Notes under the pieces: generated by a model
The model's input: the letters and a program-made list of their open reading frames with translations, nothing else
Database searches by the model: none
What the model was told of the DNA's origin: nothing
Translations under genes and position numbers: made by a program
Shown here: positions 12,337-23,379 of the stretch, piece after piece
Numbering within the stretch: position 1 is the first letter of the stretch
Layout of the letters: each line of letters starts with the position of its first letter
Source: Octopus bimaculoides
Lineage: Eukaryota
Assembly: GCF_001194135.2 (NCBI RefSeq)
Contig: NC_068990.1
Span: forward strand, 70,750,189 to 70,814,188
Direction: 5' to 3'
Length of the DNA: 64,000 bases

Positions 12337-15148
12337 ACAAGACATATTTGCTTTCACAGAGAAAGATATTTCTTAGAAAAAGAGGATGATGGACATGATC
12401 CCCCAACAATTATTAAACAAAACGTATATTTGAATAGTTTCTTTACACTATATTAATTTGGATGTTTATTCTATGCAAAGTCAATTGGTCTAGTTCTATA
12501 AATATTGTTCATTTAATAATTTGGAAAGAACTAGGAAAATTACATTAGGTTGGCCTAAAGTTTAGGGAATTCAGTAAACATTTACTTCAAGTGAAAGACA
12601 GCTGAATATATTTACAATTGGTTGTAATGCACACAGGAAAATATATTTGCTGTGTTCCCTGAAGAGAATTAAAATGTATCCACTTTAAGAGTAGCTTTTA
12701 TCATTTTTGAGTGTGGCAAGACTTCTGGGATTAAACACAGAAGAGCAATGTACTTGTGGCCAAATTAAAGTTAGTGGAGCTGATAAGTTGGAACTTCAGA
12801 TTCCTAGGCTTCCACCTACCTTCCAGAGAGAGCAAGGATAACATTGTCCTAAGATGCACTTGGGAAGAAGAAAAAAAATGAATGCAGGTAAAATGTCCAG
12901 TGTGAAAACCATCATTCAGTCTATAAGGTTTTACCCCAACAGCCTTCTATGATGGTTGATAAATTAAATCTAAATAATGTTTTGGTAATTATCATAATTA
13001 CAAATCATTTGTGGTAAAATTTTCAATCTTACAAATATGTTGTACTGCAGGTAAATAGCTATTTCAAAGTAGTTTGTTGTTTTTTTAGTTGAAAAAAATT
13101 AGGGTTATGGGTTTTTCAATGAATGATTATGAGTTTAAGAATTTAAGACATAGATTGAAAAAGGAGCACATAATCTTTACAACTTATAAGTGATTATATA
13201 ATATTTGTATGCATCACTTCAGGCTATTGGGGCACATATTTACCAAATAGTACAAACTACAGAAATTTTTAAACAATGCTTATTCTCATCAAAAGCAGTG
13301 ATAGCAATTAATATGTGCTACTTTTTTGAATAAATATTCAAACATATGACCACAACTTATTTTAAAGTTTTATATCAGTTAATTTAAAATAAATAGTTAT
13401 TTATCTACATTTAAAATAATTGCTAAACCCTGATACAAGTGATAACAGAGATGGGATAGTATTTGATAGAAAGTAAGAAAAAATATATTTATAATAGAGA
13501 GAGATACCATAGAAGAAAACAGAGTTAAAAGTTGTCAGAAATTTAGTGCAATGTTTATCATGTTACATTGCTAATTCTCTGTATGTTTAGCAACTACTTA
13601 AGAGACCAGTGTGGAGTTGGACAGAGTAGAGAGTGTTCTAAAATAATTAATTTAGAAACAAATGTATTTAAAACACACATTTCTGGATTTAATAAAGCAG
13701 AAAGAAATTCTTACTAAACCAAGTATTATCTCTTTCACAAATATAATTGTAGAAATATTCACAAAGAAGAAAATAAAATGTGAACACTTTCACCAATGGA
13801 AGTAGAGTAAACATCATTTGGCACCAGTGAAACTTGGTTTAATGTAGCTTTTTAAACTATCTTCATCTTAAATGTATGGCATGTAATTTTTTGAAAGACA
13901 AAGAATGATATTAATTTTAAAATAAATATATTATTTTAAACTAAACATGCCTGTGCCATGGGTCTAAAGTAAGATATCCACAGCAATATGCTCCTAAAAG
14001 AAGCAGTGTTAACCATGTAATAGAAAAAAGTACTATATGTTAATATATTCATGTTTTTCACTTACCATAGTTTGCATGAGAGATGATATCCATCCATAAG
14101 ATTTGCTTCATGTAAGCAGACTGTGGTTATTAAATTATCAAATAATTGAATAGTTATGACTATGTTAGGACTAGTTGTGACCAAGTAGACTGAGCTAACC
14201 CATACGGACATCAAAAACAAACACAACAGAACAAAACAATGCTATAAGATGCTGAGCAGTCAATGCTGAATGGCATTGAAAGCAGTTGCAAATATCTTCA
14301 AAGAGAAAATAGATGCAACTATGAAATTTCATTGAGAGCTACTAAAAAAAAAATAAAAAATAAAAAAAACACTTTGCAAAATACATCTCCATCTTAAAAT
14401 TAGATCCTAACATTGAATGATATTAACAATAATGATAATAATAAAACATTACATTCAAGATATATGATAGAAATGTACAATATGCTATATAAAATATAAA
14501 TATGGATTTTTAATAAAAATCAAACACACATACACTATTCATATATTCCACAACTTGAACTTATGCGACTATGATATTTAAGCAAGAGCACAATTCAAAT
14601 ACAAATGCATTCACACATACATATATGTAATATCTATCTATCTATATACATACATAACACACACACACACACACACACACATACATACAAAGTGCACTGC
14701 ACACTTGATGATTGCACAGCAACAAAGTACTCAATTCACCAAGAGTAAAATATCATTATATGAATACAGAGCTACCGAATATGTGCTACTTCAAGTTTCA
14801 TGCTTGAAAAATGCAATATTAGGAGAGGCTTGTTTTGTGTACATTTGCACGATTTGGCAATTGTTCAGCCCCATATCACTTGACTATGCTGTGAGGAAAT
14901 ACAAGAAAAAATAAAAAGATAAAAGCATTAAGAAATGTTCCCTTAAAACATTTCTTAACATTTTTTTCCATGATGCTTATCAGCACACATTACAAAGTGG
15001 CTCAAGAGCTGAAAGTTTTGCACATTGGTAAATATGTTTGATAAGTGCCAATACACAAAGCTCTCAGTCTCTGAGTTAGTTTGTTATTTCTGTTGATTAA
15101 AATATCTATCTATCTACTGCACATATCTCTCTCTCTCCTTCTCTCTCA

Positions 15149-15445
15149 GGTCAAAGCCTGGCTAGAGAGGGTTGCTGCGGGAAAGGTCATATGAGTAGCA
15201 GCAGGATTTGGTTCCTTGTCATAAATGCAGAAAGAATCAGAAGTGGTTGTAGGAGAATTTCTATGACTTCACCAGTTCCAATTTCTGGCCTTCTAGTTAC
15301 CCCAATTATAATCTCATGGGTTACTATATGTGGAGTGCAGTTGAAAAAGATACCCACTGTTCTATCTGCAATACTAAGGGCGAGATCAAGGAGGTATTTG
15401 AAGATCTTCTCAGGGACACAGTGAGGAATGCATGGAAGCTGAGGG
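15149..15445 (+). mobile_element. Tc1/mariner-superfamily transposase C-terminal fragment (pseudogene)
   Basis: VKAWLERVAAG...QQD..PCH...FYDFTSSNFWPSSYPNYNLMGYYMWSAVEK resembles WPPxSPDLNPxDYYxW. It is frameshifted and no TIRs were found. Confidence 0.75.
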
Positions 15446-15583
15446 TGGCTACTTTTAGTAAATTGTTATCTCCCAGCCACAATCTAGCTAATATTTTCTG
15501 ATATCTTAAAATACTTTATCTTTGGATGGGATATTGTTTTCTGTTCCTTTTATGTAAACTGTCAAATTTAACCAAAATACCCG

Positions 15584-15620
<37 letters not shown>

Positions 15621-16736
15621 TGTGTGTGTGGTAGTAGTGGTGGTGGTGGTGGGCATGTTGACATGCCAATATTGCAGTTATTGCACCAGCCTTTGATGAA
15701 TGAAGGAGTTTGATAACGCAACCCTTATTTGTTTCCTGTTGTAATACAGTAGCATCTGAAATCTCAGATAGTGGAGTGTCCAGGTGTATCTTGAAGGCAA
15801 CCACATTCACTCCATGTAAATCTCAATGTTTTCAGTAGGATATTGAAGAGGGTCGCTTCAATACCCTAGTGGTGGAGTTTATTTTGGACAACCTTTGTTA
15901 TGAAAACCAGGGGAATCGACAGGTATCCAGTAGTGTGGATGGACATGCATGCATGCATACATACATGTGTGAAGATATGGCTAGTGAACGTATGGTATGT
16001 TTACATTTCATTTAAATAGGATATGAAAGAAATAAGTAATCTTTATTTTGAGATCTTTGAAGTAAGTAGCAGCAGGTCAACAGGGGTAATATGAGCAACA
16101 TACTGTTCTGCAGGGTTAGAAGCAAGATAAACATTTGGTATGAAGATTTATGGCCTGAGAGATACATGAAGGGAAATGGTACTGCAAGATCTGAAAATTC
16201 CTTTAGCCATTTGGCAATCATTTGCATTCAGTTGTCTTGACATTATTTTGACTCAGGGCATATTAAGAAGAATAACAAAGTGAATTTGATGATCACTTGG
16301 CTGTTTCTTGGAATATAGAAAATCTTGTATTGGTCTAGCATCTGCCTATAGCAGCATCTAGGTCATTGTCAAATTTGGCAGATGAGCTATCATATTACAT
16401 ACACATACACACACATTTATTAGGGGATGAATTATTTCATTTCTGAAAATAGTAGAGTATGACAATGATCTTACATTCTACCAGAAAATAATAAAAGATC
16501 TGAAAGTCAGCACATTATAATATTTATTAATTAAAACTTTTCTTCTTAGTGAATAGATTTCTGATAGTTCATTTGATAATTTTTATATTTCCTAATAACA
16601 TTTGATAGAGAAATATTTCTAGACTCAAAGATGACAGTCTCCACCAGAAAAGTATTCAACTAATCTGAACAAGTGAAACACCATAAATCTTAAAGTTAAA
16701 AAATGATAAATAAATAATCAATATTTAATTAGTTTC

Positions 16737-16950
16737 TAAGGTGGTGGGCTGGCAGAATAAATAGCACACCAAGCAAAATGCATAGCTGCATTTTGTCCAT
16801 CTTTATGTTCTGAGTTCAAATTCTGCCAAAGTTGACTTTGCCTTTTGTCCTTTTGAGGTTGATAAAATAAGTACTAGTTGAACATCGGGATCAATGTAAT
16901 TGACTTAATCCCTCCCCCAAATTGTTGGCTTTGTGCCAAAAATTTGAAAC
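16737..16950 (+). mobile_element. SINE family B copy
   Basis: ggtggtgggctggcagaata...ctgagttcaaattctgcc...gactttgcctttt...gataaaataagtac; A/B-box-like motifs are present. Confidence 0.8.
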
Positions 16951-18392
16951 CAATATTTAATTAGTTTCAAGTTATGATAAGAGAAATGTAAGAGTTGGAA
17001 AGTAATGGTGGTTAGATAAATTTGTAGATAAGCTGAGATATTATCGAGGAGATATTTTATCTAAAATTAGACAAATATTAATACTGAAATATGAACCTAG
17101 CATATACTGGCACTAGCTTAAAAACCATTATTAAGATATGAGGTGACTATTTAGCTGCTATTTTTAATACAGGCATAGTACTGTTATTATAAAGGTCGCT
17201 TTGCAACCATGTGGTTCTGGGTTCAAGCCTTCAGTATGGCAATTTAGTGTCTTCTGCTCTAACCTTGGGTTCATTGATGGAAAGTGTATTGAATTCCATC
17301 ATTATCATGACTCCAGCCGTGTTTACCATTCACTGATTCACTTCTATTCCTTTCTATCACTCTTCTTTCACACTCTCACAAAACTTCCCACACATCCATT
17401 CCCAGTTCTCTGTCCCTATTCTCCATTTATCCATCTCCTTGTACTTTGAGGGTATGCTCAGACACCTCATCTCCACCATCATTTCTCCATTTTCTGTTAA
17501 AGTAGTTATGTATCACCTCCACAACAAGACATGCATTCCCGTCCCTCTATCATGCTTTATTGTTGCTCCATCAACACCTGGCACAATGCCACCTTCTTCA
17601 ATACTGCACTCCACTCAGTCAAGGGGTTTTTGCCTCGCAAATTATTTAGAGATCCCACAAGAACTAGCACCACAAAAAGAACACCAAATACACTATAAAG
17701 TGGTTGGTGTTAGGAAGGACATCCAACCACAGAAACATGACAAAGCAGACATTGGAGTTTGGCTCAGTCCTCTAGCTACTGTTGAACCATCCAACCTATG
17801 CCAGAATGGAATATGGCCATTAAATGATGATGGCACACATTATCATCATTACCCTTTTATAATCTACTTTTCCATGTTGGCATGGGTTAAATGAACATTG
17901 AGGAGGCAAGTTTTCAATGATTGGATGCTCTTCCTTTTTCTCAAGAAATATTTCCCCAACTCCTTTGAACATGGCAGATTGTAACCAATGGCACCATTTG
18001 TGTAGGTAGTTTGTATAAGCAATGACATTACTTCTATAGGCTGTAACCTTGTTCTTAATTAGTGGGCAAACAATGTTAAGACAAGGGGGAGACACAAGCA
18101 CACACACATACACCATACACACACACACACACGTGCATGACAGGCCTCTTACTATTTTGTTTACCAGTTAGTTCTACACTCAAGGCAATATCACCCTGAG
18201 ACCATACAAGGAGAAACCTGCCCATGGTACTACACCATAGGAACAAACCTAAAACCATGTTGTTACAAAGCAAAACTTCATATCTTTACTACCAAGCCTC
18301 TGTATGTGTTTATGTCTTCTTGTCAAGTATGTTTGTTGTGTCCGTCTCTGTTCTGTAACTTAGAAGTTTGAGAAATAGATACTGATAACATA

Positions 18393-19631
18393 TCGGGTTG
18401 AGTAAAAAGTAAGCAATGTTTTGAACCATGAACAATTTGTACTGGATTTTTGCAGGGTTTTTAATTTTTTTAAAACATTTTTTTGTAATTGAATGATAAT
18501 ACAGACATAGACTTGCCCAAATGCATCAATAAATTAAAATTTATATTTTTTTCACTGCTGTTACAATCATCTGAAATGGAACTGTCAACGAGCGATATTC
18601 GAGCAATTTTGTTATTTAGCTTTAAAAAAGGACATAAAGCAGCTGAAACTGTTTACGATATCAACAAAATATCTGGTGAGGAAATGACCAGTGAGTGGTT
18701 AGCTCAGAAATGGTTTAAATGATTTCGCAGTGGAGACCTGAGCCTTGAAGATCATGGGCATAGTGGACAATCATCTGTCATCGATGACGATCAGTTAAAG
18801 ACCATCATTGAGAAAGATCCACATAAAACCACTCGAGAACTGTCAAAAGAACTCCAAGTTAGTCAGAAAACTGTCTGCAATCATTTGCATGTGATCGAAA
18901 AATCTAAAAAGCTCGACAAATGGGTACCACATGATTTGAATAAAAATCAGAAAATACACAGATACAAAATTTTCTTGTCACTTCTCCGTAACCAGAACAA
19001 TCCATTTCTCAACTGTATTTTAACCTGCGATGAAAAGTGGATTCTGCACAATAATAAAAAACAGTCTTCACAGTGGTTGGACCAAAATGAAGCACCAAAA
19101 ACCTTCTCTAAACCCAAGCTCTTCAAAAAGAAGGTTAAGGTGACTGTATGGTGATGTACTGATGGACTCATCCACTATAACTTCTTAAAACCTGGAAAAA
19201 CCATTACTGCAGAAACATATTGAAATTGCCAAAATGAACAAAAAACTGTTATTCCTCAGTCCCAGACTGGTCAACAGAAGAGGGCCAGTCATTCTTCAAA
19301 ACAATGCTTGACCACACATTTCATTAATGATGCTCCAGAAGTTGAGGGAACTTGGCTACGAAGTTGTTCCCCACCCAGCTTATTCCCCAAACCTTTCTTC
19401 TACCAACTACCACTTTTTCAAGCACCTTGATGGTTTCCTGCAAGAAAAGGAGTTTAAAAAACCAAACCGATGCTGAAAGTGTGTTCAAAGTGTTCATCAG
19501 CTCCAGAACTCCAGACTTTTTTGTTATTGGAATAAACAAACTTTATTTTATTGGCAAAAATGTGTTGCATTGTTGAAATATAGTGATGAATTTCATGTTT
19601 CAAAGCATTGCTTACTTTTTACTCAGCCTAA
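18393..19631 (+). mobile_element. Full-length mariner (DD34D-type) transposon, inactivated
   Basis: TA|tcgggttgagtaaaaagtaagcaatgttttgaaccatgaa ... ttcatgtttcaaagcattgcttactttttactcagcctaa|TA: ~40-bp TIRs, TA target duplication, 1239 bp. The transposase carries KWVPHDL, TCDEKW and YSPNLSPTNYHFF, broken by stops and frameshifts. Confidence 0.95.
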
Positions 19632-20444
19632 TAGATATCAGACTTATATTTATTTTAATTAACTTACATATTGTATAAGTTACTTAGAGAGAGGTAGGGG
19701 CAGACAGACACAATAAGAACTGGTTGGTGTTGAGTGGATAGGCTGGAAGTGATTGGAAATCCAAAAAGCTCGACAAATGGGTACCACATGATTTAACTAA
19801 TTGCTTCTCAGTGGAAATTTGGTTACATAGATATATTTATATATTCATCCATACATCCATACACCAACATATAGTTTACTGCATTATAATACTTTGTGTA
19901 GTCATGATGAACATTTATATTGCCACTGCTCTGTTTACCAAGATACCAATGCTATATTATTTTTAGGTTCAGAAAATGATACTTAAAAGTCCAGGGCAAA
20001 AAAAAAAAAATAAAAAAGGCTTCACTTTCTTTTCAGTCTAGATATAGATATTATCTATTAACTGCTTATGGTTTGTTCCCAAATTTGTTGGAACCATAAT
20101 GTTCCATACATTACTTCCCATCACTTTTACTGACAAGTACTGGGTAAAGCTTGAAGTGGTTGCTGGCATCACAGGGCAACAGATCAGTCAAGTAACTTCT
20201 TTTTCACATTCATTTGTCATTGGACTGTGATTAAAAACCTTCAAAGTTTTTAATCAAACAAATCAACTCCAGTTCTTATGTGTTTTGTAAGACTAGTACA
20301 TAGTCTATCGGTCTCTTTTGTTGAACTGCTAAATTATAGGAATGTAAACAGACCAACACTGGTTGTCAAGTAATGGGATGGGGAGACAAACATAGATACA
20401 AAGCCAATCTATCTATCTGTCTGTCTGTCTCTCTCTCTCTGTCA

Positions 20445-20808
20445 TATGGGACAAGGTGGTGAAGTATGATCTTTAGATGTTGGATCTCACAGAGGTGATG
20501 ACAAATGATCGACACCTTTGACGGTTTGCTGTGCTTGAGAAGACTCATCAGTCGAAATTGTAGTTGTAGACAGTGCCAGTAACACATAAAAGCACCTGTG
20601 ATGGTGACTCCCAAAAGGCACTTGTGCCGGTGACATGTAAAAAGCACCCACTACAAGTTTGGAGTGGTTGGCGTTAGAAGGGCATCCAGCTGTAGAAACC
20701 AAGACAAAATCAGACTGGAGCTTGGCACAGCTCTCCAGTTTACCAGTTCCAGTCAAACCATCTAACTCATGCCTGCTGGGAAAACAGACGCTAAATGATG
20801 ATGATGAT
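20445..20808 (+). mobile_element. Severely 5'-truncated RTE-type LINE end with (GAT)n tail
   Basis: Begins at the ORF end (tgggacaaggtggtgaagtatgat), which it shares with the 20870-22041 and 51252-52350 copies. Confidence 0.75.
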
Positions 20809-20869
20809 ATATATGTGTATGGCCTAGCTCAATCAGTAGAAAAGGTGTGGGTAGTAACTCCATAAGATG

Positions 20870-22041
20870 TACCTGGTGTAAGCTATGGACACATAAGAAG
20901 TGCAGAAATATCAGAGGGAGGTTAACAGGGAAAATAGTTTTTGTGTGTGGGAGGTGCATCAAATACCAGGGAAGAAAACTAGAAAGCTGAGAGCTGCTGT
21001 TACCTTGGTAACCAAGTCAGTAGCAGAGGTGGATGCTCTGAGAGCATAGTTGCTAGAATAAGAATAGGCTGGGCAAAGTTCAGAGAGCTCCTACCTCTGT
21101 TGGTAACAAAGGGCCTCTCCCTCAGAATGAAAGGCAGATTGTATGATGCCTGTGTGTGAACAACTATGCTACATAGCAGTGAAACATTGGCTGTGACCAT
21201 TGAGGACATGCACAAGGTTGAAAGAAATGAAGCTAGTCTGCTTTGCTGGATGTGCAATGTCAGTGTGCATGTACAACAAAGTGTAAACATATTGAGAGAA
21301 AAGTTGGGCATAAGAGGCATCAGATGCGGTGTGCAAGAGACACAACTGCGCTGCTGTGGTCATGTGATGAGGACAGCTGTGTGAAGAAGTGCTGATCTCT
21401 AACTGTGGAGGGAACCTGTGGAAGAGGTAGATCCAGCAAGACATGGGACAAGGTGGTGAAGTATGATTTTCAAACATTGGGCCCCATGGAGACAATGACA
21501 AGTGACTGAGACTGTTGGCTATATGCCATGCTTGAGAAGACCCATCAAGCTAAGTGAAAACGCAGCCATAGCTGATGCCAGAGTCATGTAAAAAGCACCC
21601 TTCAAACATTGGGCGATATGCTGCGCTTGAAAAGACCCATCAAGCCAAGTGGAATTGTAGTTATAGCTGATACCAGTGCCATGAAACTGGCACCTATGCC
21701 AGTGGCATGTAAAAAGCACCCATCAAACTTTGGGTCACACAGAGGCAGTAACAAGTGACCGAGACCTTTGGCAATATACTGTGCTTGATAAGATCTGTTA
21801 AGCCAAGTGAGATCATAGTCATGGCTGATGCTGGCATTTTGTAACTGACAGCCATGCCAGTGGCACATAAAAAGCACCCATTACACTCTTGGAGTGGCTG
21901 GTGTTAGGAAGGGTGTCCAGCTGTAGAAACCAAGCCAAATCAGACTGAAACCTGGTGCAGCTCTCCAGCCTACCAGTTTTCAGTCAAACCGTCCAACCCG
22001 TGTCAGTATGGAAAACAAACATTAAATGATGATGATGATGA
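20870..22041 (+). mobile_element. RTE-clade LINE 3' portion with tandem-repeat 3' UTR and (GAT)n tail
   Basis: CYLGNQVSSRGGCSESIVARIRIGWAKFRELLPLL...MLHSSETLAV...CGHVMR is the RTE C-terminal region; then ~100-bp repeat units and the shared tail. Confidence 0.85.
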
Positions 22042-22049
22042 TAGGCCCC

Positions 22050-22312
22050 ACACAGTTTCTATCTACCAAATCAACTCACAAGGCATTTGCTGTCCCAGGG
22101 CTATAGTAGAAAACACTTGCTCAAGGTTCTATGCAATGGGACTGAACTGAAAACCATGTACATTATTTACATTTGATGGATATTTGTCCTCATGTTGTTT
22201 GTTGTTGACACAACATTTTGACTGATAATGTAAATAATTCCTCGTCTCTTAAATATAGAACTGAAAACCATGTGATTGCAAACTGAGCTTCTTAATCACA
22301 TAGCAATGCCTG
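22050..22312 (-). mobile_element. SINE family A head interrupted by a 98-bp insertion
   Basis: Family A head sequence is split by an insertion flanked by a 16-bp direct repeat, gaactgaaaaccatgt. Confidence 0.75.
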
Positions 22313-22680
22313 TAGGCACAAAGAATTTAATACCTTCGTGAATTATATATATNNNNNNNNNNNNNNNNNNNNNNNNNNNNNNNNNNNNNNNNNNNNNNNN
22401 NNNNNNNNNNNNNNNNNNNNNNNNNNNNNNNNNNNNNNNNNNNNNNNNNNNNNNNNNNNNNNNNNNNNNNNNNNNNNNNNNNNNNNNNNNNNNNNNNNNN
22501 NNNNNNNNNNNNNNNNNNNNNNNNNNNNNNNNNNNNNNNNNNNNNNNNNNNNNNNNNNNNNNNNNNNNNNNNNNNNNNNNNNNNNNNNNNNNNNNNNNNN
22601 NNNNNNNNNNNNNNNNNNNNNNNNNNNNNNNNNNNNNNNNNNNNNNNNNNNNNNNNNNNNNNNNNNNNNNNNNNNNNNNN

Positions 22681-22711
<31 letters not shown>

Positions 22712-22734
22712 GAAGTAAGGAATGTGTATATTTC

Positions 22735-22935
22735 AGTATCAATTGATTTTTCCCTCTGTATGAAAAACCACACTTTGAGCTCATCAGCTGAAAATAACAC
22801 TTTAACATCTATTTCTGAAATATTCATCACTTTACCTCATTTTCATTCTTTACTTTAAATGCCCCCATGACATTCAAAACAAGACTATTGTGAGCCAGTA
22901 TAAATTTAAATTAAATAAGTATTATTACCATTATT

Positions 22936-22967
<32 letters not shown>

Positions 22968-23321
22968 GGTGGCTAGCAAGTTTACACCTTTACAGGTAAA
23001 AGATAAACTAAATTCAGATTCAATAGGGTATTTAAATACCAGTGAATCTGAATTTAGTCTATATCTTATCTGTAAAGGTGTAAACTTGGTAGCCACCTTG
23101 TTATTATCATTATTATCATTAATAACGGTAATAATACTAATTTAATTTAAATTTATATTGGCTCACGATAGTTTTGTTTTGAATGTCATGGGAACGTTTA
23201 AAGTAAAGAACACACATGAGGTAATGTAATGAATATTTCAGAAATAGATGTTAAAGTGTCATTTTCAGCTGATGCGCTCAAAGTATGGTTTTTCATACAG
23301 AGGGCAAAATCAATTGATACT
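22735..23321. repeat. ~590-bp imperfect palindrome (foldback) between (TA)n tracts
   Basis: The left arm 22735-23033 aligns to the reverse complement of 23034-23321 at roughly 90% by eye. The centre, ggtatttaaatacc (23027-23040), is self-complementary. Confidence 0.92.
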
Positions 23322-23328
23322 ACATAAT

Positions 23329-23379
<51 letters not shown>

